A stretch of DNA of 64,000 nt from Candidatus Staskawiczbacteria bacterium (GCA_903928565.1 CAIYRH010000015.1:11569-75568); one strand, 5' to 3'; shown: positions 1 to 8,223, numbered from the stretch's first letter. Program-made: numbers and translations. Notes: generated by a model from the sequence alone, not told the origin.

Positions 1-702
1 GTGTTTTTCAGCAAAGAACCAGTTGTAACACATAGCAAAATGGTGCAGGGAAGTTCGCTGTTTACCTTTTTAATTGCGGTGCTTCCAATATTTTTAATTT
101 GGGATGGTAAAGTTACTCAAAAAGAAGGAATAATTTTAATTTTTGCATTTTTTGTTTACGCATTTTGGCTTTTTTCAAAAGATAACAGATTTAAGAAGGT
201 TTATAGTCACACAAAAAAAGAGTCACCATTACCAACAATTAGGCGCTTAGATTTTATAAAAAATATTACTAAAGTAATTTTAATTATTATAATTCTTTTT
301 GTCGCGTCGCAGGGTGTTATTTCGGCGGCAAAATCTTTCCAGCAATCTTTAGGAATTTCGCTTTCATTGGTGGGAGTTTTGATTGTGGCTTTGGGAAATT
401 GTTTTCCCGAAATGTATTTTGGTATTGTTTCGGGTAGAAAAGGCGAGGGTTGGATGATTGTGGGCGACATGATGGGTTCTGTAATTATTGCCGCCACCTT
501 AGTTTTGGGTATTATTGGTTTAGTGGCGCCGTTTGAAATTAAAGACATGTCTGTTTTCTTGGTGGCCAGAATTTTCACCGTAATTGCTGCAGCTTTCTTT
601 GTAATTGCTGTTAGAACAGGCAAAAAAATTACAAAACAAGAAGCCGTTATGTTGCTTTTCATTTACGTTGCATTCTTGTTTACTGAAATTTTCATCAAAT
701 AA
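1..702 (+). CDS. Na+/Ca2+ exchanger family (CaCA/YrbG-like) membrane protein, 5'-truncated by the window edge
   Basis: The ORF is open to the window edge. It has a multi-pass hydrophobic profile. GNCFPEMYFG and GDMMGS motifs resemble CaCA alpha-repeats. Confidence 0.7.
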   Translation: MFFSKEPVVTHSKMVQGSSLFTFLIAVLPIFLIWDGKVTQKEGIILIFAFFVYAFWLFSKDNRFKKVYSHTKKESPLPTIRRLDFIKNITKVILIIIILFVASQGVISAAKSFQQSLGISLSLVGVLIVALGNCFPEMYFGIVSGRKGEGWMIVGDMMGSVIIAATLVLGIIGLVAPFEIKDMSVFLVARIFTVIAAAFFVIAVRTGKKITKQEAVMLLFIYVAFLFTEIFIK

Positions 703-3230
703 TGATTTTTTCTCAATATACTAATAAAAGTGTTGAAGATGTTTTAGGCGAACTAAAAACTACTGCTTTGGGCTTTACTAAAAAAGAAGCGAATTTGGCA
801 TTAGTAAAATATGGGTTAAATGAAATTAAAGTAAAAAATGTAAACGCTTTTCAAATCTTGCTAAGGCAGTTGAAGTCGCCTTTTACATATTTGCTTTTAG
901 CGGCCGCTTTAGTTTCTATATTTATTGGGCAGGCGGTAGACAGCATTGCGGTGCTAGCATTTATTTTTATAAATGTGATTATTGGTTTTTTTCAAGAATA
1001 TAGAGCAGAAAAGGCAGTAGTTTTTTTACAGAAATTTGTACCGCAAAAAGTTAAGGTTTTACGAGATGGAAAAGAACAGGTAATAGAAAAAAAGTTTTTA
1101 GTGCCAGGCGACGTGGTTTTATTAGAAGCGGGGGATTTGGCACCAGCAGATTTTAGAGTAATAAATGTTCAAAACTTTTTAATAGATGAGTCTGCGCTTA
1201 CAGGAGAATCTGCGCCAGTTTCTAAAATTTCAGATAAAATGGCCAAAGAAGAAGTGGAGATTTTTAAAGCAAAAAATATTATTTTTTCTGGTACATCGGT
1301 TGTTTTTGGAAAGGTAAGTGGCGTTGTTGTGGCCACAGCTAAAAATACAATTTTGGGTGACATAGTAGAAACCGTTTCTGCAACAAAAAGAATTAGCACT
1401 TACGAAAAGAGCATTATTTATTTTTGTAAATTAATTCTTAAAATTGTTGCCACTACAATAATTTTAATTTTTATTGCCAACATTGCACTAAAGGGCATAA
1501 AAGACATTTGGGAATTACTTTTATTTTCGGTGGCGTTAATAGTTAGCATTTTGCCGGAAGCCCTGCCCGCCGTAGTAACTTTTGCCTTGTCTCAGGGAAG
1601 TTTGAAAATGGCAAAACAAAAAGTTGTTGTTAAAAGATTGTCTGCAGTTGAAGATTTAGGAAACATTGAGGTTTTATGCACAGACAAAACCGGTACATTA
1701 ACACAAAATAAATTAACGTTAGAAAAAATTTTTTCTTCTGACAAGAAAAAATGCTTTTTGTATGGACTTCTAAGCGCTGGTGCCGATAAAATAGAAGAAA
1801 AAATATTAAATCCGTTTGATGCGGCCGTGTTCGCGCATGCAGATAGCGAAGAATTAAGAAATTCAAAAAAGTTTAAAATTATTAGTGAGCTTCCTTTTGA
1901 TTCATATAGAATGCGGTCTGCTTTTGTTGTTGAGTCTGCAAAAAACGAAAAGCTTTTAATTGTTAGAGGTGCTTCCGATTCCATTTTAAAGAATTGTATT
2001 AAATCTGCGGGTGCAGCTAAAATTAAGGCAATTAAAGCAGAAATTGCAGAGGAGGAATCTGATGGCAAAAGAGTTTTAGTTTTAGCTTTTAAAAAGGTCA
2101 CAAAAGATAAAATTACGGTGTCAGACGAAAAAGGCTTAACATTTTTGGGTTATTTTGTTTTTAACGACCCTTTAAAAAGCACTGCCAAAGAGGCCATTGA
2201 TTTATCTAAAAAATTGGGTGTACAAATAAAAATTATCACTGGCGATTCAAGAGAAGTTGCAATTTATGTTGCTAAGAAGACAGGCTTAATTTTAGACGAG
2301 AATGATGTTGTTCTTGGGCAGGAATTAATGGCAATGACTAAAGAAGAATTTAACGATGCTTGCCAGGAAAAAGTAATTTTTGCCAGAATTTCTCCAGATG
2401 TAAAACATAATATTATTAAATCTTTGCAAAGAAATTTTGAAGTTGGGTTTATGGGTGAGGGCGTAAACGATGCCCCAGCACTTAAAACTGCCGATGTTGG
2501 TATTGCCGTTGTTGAAGCCTCAGACGTGGCAAGAAATGCAGCAGATGTGGTGCTTTTAGAAAAAGATTTAAGGGTAATTGTAAACGGAATTAAAGACGGC
2601 CGTACAATTTTTTCAAATATTAATAAATATATAAAATGCGCTCTGGCCAGCAACTTTGGAAATTTTTATTCAATTGCCGTAATTTCTTTGTTTGTAAATT
2701 TTTTGCCTATGTTGCCGGTGCAAATTTTATTAGGAAATATTTTGTCTGATTTTCCGTTAATTTCTATTGCCACCGATTCCGTTGATTTAGATGAATTGAA
2801 AAAACCAAAGTCCTACCAGTTGCATATGGTTTTGCCACTTATTATTTCTTTGGCACTAGTAAGCACTGTTTTCGATTTTATTTTCTTTGCAATTTTTTAT
2901 AAACAGGCCCCTGCGAACATTCAAACACTTTGGTATATTGAAAGCATTTTAACTGAACTTTTGTTAATATTTATTATTAGAACAAGGGGTTTATTTTACA
3001 AAGCAAAAAGGCCGGGGTTTTGGCTTTCTTTCTTGGTTGCAGTGGACGCCATTTTTGTAGTAGCATTGCCGTTTTCTAGCATTGGGCACGAATTTTTTCA
3101 TTTTGTAACTCCGCCAATTGTTCCATTACTAATTGTCTTTTTGCTAAACATTTTATATTTTATTACCAGCGAAATAGTAAAATTAATTTATTTCCACTAT
3201 TGGAAGCCAAAAATCGCCAGGTTGCCCTAG
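702..3230 (+). CDS. cation-transporting P-type ATPase (MgtA/Ca2+-type)
   Basis: 842 aa. Motifs present: CTDKTGTLT phosphorylation site, PEALP, TGD, and the GEGVNDAPALKTADVGIA hinge. The start overlaps the upstream stop (TAATG). The stop codon TAG lies at the centre of a GC-rich palindrome. Confidence 0.92.
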   Translation: MIFSQYTNKSVEDVLGELKTTALGFTKKEANLALVKYGLNEIKVKNVNAFQILLRQLKSPFTYLLLAAALVSIFIGQAVDSIAVLAFIFINVIIGFFQEYRAEKAVVFLQKFVPQKVKVLRDGKEQVIEKKFLVPGDVVLLEAGDLAPADFRVINVQNFLIDESALTGESAPVSKISDKMAKEEVEIFKAKNIIFSGTSVVFGKVSGVVVATAKNTILGDIVETVSATKRISTYEKSIIYFCKLILKIVATTIILIFIANIALKGIKDIWELLLFSVALIVSILPEALPAVVTFALSQGSLKMAKQKVVVKRLSAVEDLGNIEVLCTDKTGTLTQNKLTLEKIFSSDKKKCFLYGLLSAGADKIEEKILNPFDAAVFAHADSEELRNSKKFKIISELPFDSYRMRSAFVVESAKNEKLLIVRGASDSILKNCIKSAGAAKIKAIKAEIAEEESDGKRVLVLAFKKVTKDKITVSDEKGLTFLGYFVFNDPLKSTAKEAIDLSKKLGVQIKIITGDSREVAIYVAKKTGLILDENDVVLGQELMAMTKEEFNDACQEKVIFARISPDVKHNIIKSLQRNFEVGFMGEGVNDAPALKTADVGIAVVEASDVARNAADVVLLEKDLRVIVNGIKDGRTIFSNINKYIKCALASNFGNFYSIAVISLFVNFLPMLPVQILLGNILSDFPLISIATDSVDLDELKKPKSYQLHMVLPLIISLALVSTVFDFIFFAIFYKQAPANIQTLWYIESILTELLLIFIIRTRGLFYKAKRPGFWLSFLVAVDAIFVVALPFSSIGHEFFHFVTPPIVPLLIVFLLNILYFITSEIVKLIYFHYWKPKIARLP

Positions 3231-3239
3231 GGCAACCTG
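3218..3239. repeat. 22-nt perfect GC-rich palindrome CAGGTTGCCCTAGGGCAACCTG (copy 1)
   Basis: Read directly from the sequence. It shares a 20-nt identical core with 4062-4081. It contains the ATPase stop codon. Confidence 0.9.
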
Positions 3240-3271
3240 AGTGGTATGATAAATTAAATCTGTTGAAATTT

Positions 3272-3448
3272 ATGCATGAGAAAGATTTTTACACAACCAA
3301 AGAATTGATAAAAATTCTTGGAATAAGCAAGCAGTCTGTTTTAAAGCGCATTGGCCGTGGGAATATTGAGGCAGTAAAAACCGGCCGAGACTACATAATT
3401 TTCAAAAAAGATGTTGATTTAGCCAAATTAAAAGCCGATATAAAATAA
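3272..3448 (+). CDS. excisionase-family helix-turn-helix DNA-binding protein (58 aa)
   Basis: The ATG at 3272 is preferred over the TTG at 3200. The pattern TTKELIKILGISKQSVLKRIGRGNIEAVKTGRDYIIFKKDV matches the excisionase/MerR-like HTH pattern. Confidence 0.6.
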   Translation: MHEKDFYTTKELIKILGISKQSVLKRIGRGNIEAVKTGRDYIIFKKDVDLAKLKADIK

Positions 3449-3463
3449 AAGTAGCAAGTCTTT

Positions 3464-4060
3464 ATGATTTTTGAACATATTTTAGTAATTATCAGCATTT
3501 TTATAAGTTTTTCTGGTTCGGTTGCTTATGTTTTTGACACTTTAAAGGGCAAGACAAAACCAAACAGAGTTAGTTGGTTTTTGTGGGCAGCAGCCCCGTT
3601 GATAGGCACTGGAGCTGCTATTTCGTCTGGCGCAGATGTTTGGGCAACAGCAAGAATATTTTTGGCCGGATTTGTCCCATTGATAGTTTTAATAGCTTCG
3701 CTTATTAACAAACAAAGCTATTGGAAGCTTACAAAGTTCGATTTTGCTTGTGGAATATGCTCGGCATTGGCTTTAATTGTTTGGTTGTTTGCTGATTCAC
3801 CCGTGCTTGCAGTTCTCCTAGCTGCGACGGGTGATGGATTGGCTTCTTTGCCAACATTAATCAAGTCGTGGAAATATCCCGAAACCGAAACTGGTTGGAC
3901 TTTTGTGGCTGGATTTATTGCAACTTTGCTTGTTTTGCCATCAATTCCGGTGTGGAATATTCAAAATTCTGCTTTCCAAATATATTTATTAGTGATTAAT
4001 ACGTTGTTGGTTTCATTTATTTATCGGAAAAAAATAAAGGTTTTAGAAACACAAAATTAA
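3464..4060 (+). CDS. integral membrane protein of unknown function (~6 TM)
   Basis: 198-aa ORF with repeated hydrophobic segments. No recognisable motif. Confidence 0.6.
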   Translation: MIFEHILVIISIFISFSGSVAYVFDTLKGKTKPNRVSWFLWAAAPLIGTGAAISSGADVWATARIFLAGFVPLIVLIASLINKQSYWKLTKFDFACGICSALALIVWLFADSPVLAVLLAATGDGLASLPTLIKSWKYPETETGWTFVAGFIATLLVLPSIPVWNIQNSAFQIYLLVINTLLVSFIYRKKIKVLETQN

Positions 4061-4061
4061 T

Positions 4062-4081
4062 CAGGTTGCCCTAGGGCAACC
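4062..4081. repeat. GC-rich palindrome CAGGTTGCCCTAGGGCAACC (copy 2)
   Basis: Identical 20-nt core to 3218-3237. It starts 1 nt after the stop codon of the 3464-4060 ORF. Confidence 0.9.
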
Positions 4082-4142
4082 AAAAGTAAAATATGACATA
4101 TATTTGTTTTGCTTTAAGCCCGCTATAATGTAAAATATAACT

Positions 4143-5174
4143 ATGGATATAATAACAATAGTTCTATTAATAATTATTCTACTTGTTTTGGGTTTTTTGT
4201 TGTTGCGTAAAGGGCCGGAAGTTGAGAAAAAAGATGATGGGTCTATGCTTATGTTGCAACAACAACTAAGCCAATTGGCAAATGCAGTAGACAGCAAACT
4301 TTCAGAATCTAACAAAAATGTTCAAGAGCAATTTAAGCACTCGGCCGATATAATTAGAAATGTTACCGAAAAATTAACCAAGCTAGATGAAACCAACAGG
4401 CAAGTGGTTAGTTTTGCCGACCAACTAAAAAGTTTGCAAGACATTTTAAAAAACCCAAAACAGCGCGGAATTCTTGGCGAGTATTATTTAGAAACTGTTT
4501 TAAAAAATGTTTTACCGCCGGCAAGTTTTCAGATGCAGTATAGCTTTTCAAACGGTGAAATTGTTGACGCAGTTGTTTTTGTAGATAAAAGAATAATTCC
4601 TGTTGATTCAAAATTTTCTTTAGATAATTACAACAGAATGTTGCAGACTAACGACCCTGTTGAGAAAAAAAGATTAGAAACGGCTTTTGTAAATGACTTA
4701 AAATTAAGAATTGACGAAACTTCAAAGTATGTAAGACCCGAAGAAAAAACAATGGATTTTGCATTTATGTTTATTCCTTCGGAAGCGGTTTATTACGATT
4801 TGCTAATTAATAAAGTTGGTGTAATTGCCGAAGATACAAATAATTTAATTTATTATGCGGGCAAGAAAAAAGTTATTGTTGTTTCGCCAACTTCATTTTT
4901 GGCTTATTTGCAGACTGTTTTGCAGGGATTAAGAAATCAAAAAATTTCGGAGCAAGCGGCTTCTATTATTAAAGAAGTTGAGCGGTTGGGTAAGCATTTA
5001 TTTGTGTATGGTGAGCATTTTAACAGAATGGGCCAGCATTTAGACACAACAGTTAGCAGTTTTAATAAAGCAAGGGTGGAATTTGGAAAAATTGATAAAG
5101 ATGTTATTAAGTTAACTGGTGGCGAATCTAAAATTGAAATTGGGGAGGTTAAGAGGCCGACAGTTGACGAATAG
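4143..5174 (+). CDS. rmuC: DNA recombination protein RmuC
   Basis: 343 aa with an N-terminal TM segment, a coiled-coil and a RmuC-like core (GILGEYYLETVL, FMFIPSEAVY). Confidence 0.85.
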   Translation: MDIITIVLLIIILLVLGFLLLRKGPEVEKKDDGSMLMLQQQLSQLANAVDSKLSESNKNVQEQFKHSADIIRNVTEKLTKLDETNRQVVSFADQLKSLQDILKNPKQRGILGEYYLETVLKNVLPPASFQMQYSFSNGEIVDAVVFVDKRIIPVDSKFSLDNYNRMLQTNDPVEKKRLETAFVNDLKLRIDETSKYVRPEEKTMDFAFMFIPSEAVYYDLLINKVGVIAEDTNNLIYYAGKKKVIVVSPTSFLAYLQTVLQGLRNQKISEQAASIIKEVERLGKHLFVYGEHFNRMGQHLDTTVSSFNKARVEFGKIDKDVIKLTGGESKIEIGEVKRPTVDE

Positions 5175-5213
5175 GGGATTTTTTGCTAAGATATATCTAT
5201 ATAAAACATACAT

Positions 5214-5519
5214 ATGATAGCTATAATAAAAACCGGTGGGAAACAATATTTAGTTAAACCCGGAGACAAATTAAAGGTAGAAAAATTACTCAAAGAAGTT
5301 GGGGAGGAAGTTGTTTTCTCTGACGTTTTATTAGTTGAAAAGGCCAAAAAAGTGGAAATTGGTGCTCCATTTGTGACAGCTCAAGTCCATGCAAAGGTTT
5401 TGAGCCATGGCAAAGGAAGCAAAATAATTGTCTATAAATATAAACCAAAGAAAAGAGAAAGCAGAAAAATTGGTCACAGACAACCTTATACAGAGGTAGA
5501 AATAACGGGAATTAAATAA
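5214..5519 (+). CDS. rplU: 50S ribosomal protein L21
   Basis: MIAIIKTGGKQYLVKPGDKLKVEKL is a typical bL21 N-terminus. 101 aa. Confidence 0.95.
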   Translation: MIAIIKTGGKQYLVKPGDKLKVEKLLKEVGEEVVFSDVLLVEKAKKVEIGAPFVTAQVHAKVLSHGKGSKIIVYKYKPKKRESRKIGHRQPYTEVEITGIK

Positions 5520-5525
5520 TTCAAG

Positions 5526-5545
5526 CCCCGCCCAGCGGGGTTTTT
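5526..5545 (+). terminator. rho-independent terminator after rplU
   Basis: Hairpin CCCCGC-cca-GCGGGG followed by TTTTT. Confidence 0.8.
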
Positions 5546-5556
5546 AGTTGTGCAAT

Positions 5557-6333
5557 ATGTTAAAAAAAGAAATTGGGTGGCTTTTAAAAGAGAAATATTT
5601 TGGGGTCGCTAACAAAAAATTCCAAAAAGATGTAGAGCGGTTAAAGGCGGGTGAGCCGGTTGACTATGTAATTGGTTTTACAGAGTTTTTGGGTTGTAAA
5701 ATTGATTTATCTAAAAAACCATTAATTCCGCGCCCAGAAACTGAATTCTGGGTTGGTGAGGTTATTAAAAAAAATGGCGATATTTTTTACGGCCGTCAAA
5801 AATGTGGCCCTTTGGTTTTGGACATGTTTGCAGGGTCTGGGTGCATTGGAATTGCTTTGTTAAAAAATATTAAAAATATAGAATGCGACTTTGCGGATAA
5901 AGATAAAAAATGTTTAGAGCAAATAAAAATAAATTTAAAGTTAAACGGAGTTAAAGGCAAAGTAATTTGCTCAAATGTTTTTAGTGAAGTCGTGGGGAAG
6001 TACGATATAATTTTTTCTAACCCGCCGTATATTCCAACAACAAGAAAAAATAAAATTCAAAAAACGGTTATAAAGTTTGAACCCAAAATTGCGTTGTTTG
6101 GCGGCGCTAGTGGAATGTTTTTTATAAATAAATTTTTGAAGGACGCAAAAAAATACTTGAAGAAACCCGTCTTCGCCAAGGCTTCGGCGAGGCGAGGGGG
6201 AATAATTTTTATGGAGTTCTCGCCGGAGCAGAAAGGTGCAATAGGAAAATTAGTAAAAAAATATAAATATTCTAAATGTGAATTTTTTAAGGATCAATTT
6301 AACCGCTGGCGGTGGATAAAAATATTTGCTTGA
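5557..6333 (+). CDS. prmC: release factor glutamine N5-methyltransferase PrmC/HemK
   Basis: SAM-binding motif [10 protein letters not shown] and catalytic NPPY (FSNPPYIP). The ATG at 5557 is preferred over the TTG at 5548. Confidence 0.88.
   Translation: MLKKEIGWLLKEKYFGVANKKFQKDVERLKAGEPVDYVIGFTEFLGCKIDLSKKPLIPRPETEFWVGEVIKKNGDIFYGRQKCGPLVLDMFAGSGCIGIALLKNIKNIECDFADKDKKCLEQIKINLKLNGVKGKVICSNVFSEVVGKYDIIFSNPPYIPTTRKNKIQKTVIKFEPKIALFGGASGMFFINKFLKDAKKYLKKPVFAKASARRGGIIFMEFSPEQKGAIGKLVKKYKYSKCEFFKDQFNRWRWIKIFA
6166..6200 (+). repeat. GC-rich mini-element, in-frame inside prmC (encodes [12 protein letters not shown])
   Basis: Core TTCGCCAAGGCTTCGGCGAGGCGAGG. It is homologous to 18523-18566 and 56726-56768. 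It is absent at this position from E. coli PrmC as I recall that sequence. Confidence 0.8.
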
Positions 6334-6432
6334 TTTTTTTAACTTAGTACAATTAATTTAATAACCGCGTGTAGCACTTTGAAAATGTGCTCGTGGCTAT
6401 GATAAACCCCAAATCTAGAAGGAGGAGGCCGT

Positions 6433-6711
6433 ATGGGCAACAGACACAGGCGAAGAGGTTCTGGTCGTGGTGGACATGGCACCGCTCTAACTCAGCATCA
6501 TAGAAAATGCAAAAGTCGCGGTGGGGATAACAGTCCTGCAAATATTTCGTGGGTTCACTGGAGATTGCACAATGCATGGCATTTATTGTTTGACAATCTT
6601 CCGCCGGAAATAGTCTGCAGAATAATTAACACCATTTGGATTGACCCTCATTACAAATTTGTATGCGTAAAAAGAAAGCACACTCTACCAAACAAGCAAA
6701 ATAATTCATAG
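6433..6711 (+). CDS. small HNH nuclease-domain protein
   Basis: HHRKCKSRGGDNSPANISWVHWRLHNAWHLLF fits HH..SRGG..N..H..WH. GGAGG sits 6-7 nt upstream of the ATG. The gene is GC-rich. Confidence 0.7.
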   Translation: MGNRHRRRGSGRGGHGTALTQHHRKCKSRGGDNSPANISWVHWRLHNAWHLLFDNLPPEIVCRIINTIWIDPHYKFVCVKRKHTLPNKQNNS

Positions 6712-6724
6712 CCAAACATTCGGA

Positions 6725-6755
6725 AGCCCGACCAAACGCGTCGGGCTCATTTTTT
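6725..6755 (+). terminator. rho-independent terminator after the HNH gene
   Basis: AGCCCGAC-7 nt-GTCGGGCT followed by a T-run. Confidence 0.8.
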
Positions 6756-6756
6756 A

Positions 6757-6796
6757 TAAAAAAAATCCCTTGCGACGCGAGGGGCGTTTGCAAGGG
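6757..6796 (-). terminator. rho-independent terminator after the PAICS-like gene
   Basis: CCCTTGC...GCAAGGG with inner ACGC/GCGT pairing. A T8 run follows on the minus strand. Confidence 0.75.
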
Positions 6797-6819
6797 TATG
6801 GGTTTTTGAAATGAACTGG

Positions 6820-8061
6820 TTAGCCAACAGCAACGTTGCCCGGAAGTCCTGCTTCAAGGCTAACTCGCGCTAACATATATTGAAGTGGATTGTGCACCGC
6901 TAGAATGTTGAGAGCTTCGGTTATAGCACGATGTGTATATATGCAGTTAATGACGGGCGCACTAATGACGCATGAAAGAGCTTCACGATATTCGGGGTCC
7001 ACGTTGAGGTCAAAGAGAACCACCGTATCGGGGACCTCGTGCGTTAATGTAATCAATTTGAGCATTGCGTCGCTTGTTGTGCCATTCATTGAATCACGTA
7101 CAATTATCGATGGAATGCTTAATTGCGAGCGCTTATCGATAGCTTCAATAAGTTTGTCTCCAATGCCTGTTCCCCGCGGGTCGGTCCACAGAATAACGCG
7201 TTGGCGTGGCAGGGCGAAGTGACTGGTGAGCTCGGCAACCAGTTGGTACTTGCGAGTCACGTCGGAGAGGTCGCCACCGTCGCGGTAGACCTGTTTGTCA
7301 ATGTAGGCTCCGTCTTCAACAACGCGCCACGAGTCATTGTCAACCACGTCGGCTAGCAACAGTTTTCCAAAGGGGTCGGTGCCAAATTCCACCTTCATGT
7401 CCACTAGCCGGCGGTTTTCCAACTGCCATGCTTTTTCAAGGACAAAGAAAGTTTGGCGCGCCAAACGAGCCATTTCATTCATGAGCGCGTCTTCTCGCGC
7501 AACAGTAAAGACTTCCGCTTCGTTTAGCACCAAGAACGGTTCTTGCCCGGCAAGTGGTTTTGCGGGGTTATACAGTCGGATTAAATGAGCGGCGGCATCG
7601 TGAATCATTAGCGGGTCATCGCATGGAAGTTCGTGTTCCTTCCACCGCCGGCCGCTCGTTTTCAAGAAAAATTCAACCACCAGTTGTGGGAAAATGTGTC
7701 CTTTGGAAAGGTGCGGAGCGCGTTTGAGAGAAGAGCCATGGGCTTCGCGACGGGTGACGACTTCGTAGGGCAACATGTTGCACTTGGGGGCGATAAACCA
7801 GTCATCGCCACCTTGCATTTCGAACGCAACAGGAATTTGACAGGCTTTCAGAAACCTGAAAACATTGCAGGTAGTACGTGTGGCAATTCGGCCTTTGTCG
7901 GGAATGACGTCGTGTTTGGCGCCGTCGCCAGCAGTGATGTCGTCTTTTGCAATCAAGATTGCCCAGTCGGGGTTTCGCAGATGTTGGTGAACCCACTTGG
8001 TTTTACCTTGTGCTAAGACTTCTCCCAGCAGCTCCATTGGTATTAACGTTGTTGTTGGCAT
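6820..8061 (-). CDS. PAICS-like protein: SAICAR-synthase domain fused to a degenerate PurE/AIR-carboxylase-like domain
   Basis: 413 aa. GKTKWVH...KDDITAGDGAKHD...IAPKCNMLPYEVVTRREAHGSSLKR...LVDMKVEFG...LADVVDNDSWR...DKQVYRD matches SAICAR synthase. The C-terminal ~120 aa aligns positionally to PurE but lacks the GSxSD and SAH(R/K) motifs. About 50-60% GC. Confidence 0.75.
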   Translation of the reverse strand: MPTTTLIPMELLGEVLAQGKTKWVHQHLRNPDWAILIAKDDITAGDGAKHDVIPDKGRIATRTTCNVFRFLKACQIPVAFEMQGGDDWFIAPKCNMLPYEVVTRREAHGSSLKRAPHLSKGHIFPQLVVEFFLKTSGRRWKEHELPCDDPLMIHDAAAHLIRLYNPAKPLAGQEPFLVLNEAEVFTVAREDALMNEMARLARQTFFVLEKAWQLENRRLVDMKVEFGTDPFGKLLLADVVDNDSWRVVEDGAYIDKQVYRDGGDLSDVTRKYQLVAELTSHFALPRQRVILWTDPRGTGIGDKLIEAIDKRSQLSIPSIIVRDSMNGTTSDAMLKLITLTHEVPDTVVLFDLNVDPEYREALSCVISAPVINCIYTHRAITEALNILAVHNPLQYMLARVSLEAGLPGNVAVG

Positions 8062-8092
8062 GATGTTAGTTCCGGTTGGAAATGAACATTTA

Positions 8093-8130
8093 TCTAGTCA
8101 ATTTTGCTTAATCGTTAAGCAAAACCTAGA
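8093..8130. promoter_or_regulatory. 38-nt hairpin or operator-like inverted repeat in a divergent intergenic region
   Basis: TTTTGCTTAA-tcg-TTAAGCAAAA is a perfect 10-bp repeat, flanked by TCTAG/CTAGA. Confidence 0.5.
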
Positions 8131-8223
8131 CTATTTTGAGGTTATCTTATGTGCCACCATTTGTCAACCGCACTAGCGCCATTATATTTATTTAATATTA
8201 TATTTATGATAAAATTATTAAAT

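Noticed and set aside
207-662. Antisense or alternative-frame ORFs overlapping well-supported genes. Examples: 207-662, 1169-1399, 1592-2101, 2264-2653, 11155-11526, 12037-12378, 13307-13726, 16831-17253, 20629-21060, 31007-31411, 50033-50446 and 60150-60602.
   Set aside because: Each lies entirely within a gene that has strong family motifs on the other strand or frame. Their low-complexity or hydrophobic translations are typical shadow ORFs of AT-rich coding DNA.
3200-3271. A TTG-initiated extension of the HTH ORF that overlaps the ATPase 3' end.
   Set aside because: It would be translated through the 22-nt palindrome and would overlap the ATPase gene. The HTH domain begins right after the ATG at 3272.
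6890-8016. Several + strand ORFs (6890-7222, 7123-7356, 7337-7588, 7633-8016) and 6353-6577 (-) within the GC-rich island.
   Set aside because: High GC suppresses stop codons in all frames. The minus-strand 413-aa ORF has clear SAICAR-synthase motifs and the + strand HNH ORF has an SD site and an HNH motif. The others show no motifs.
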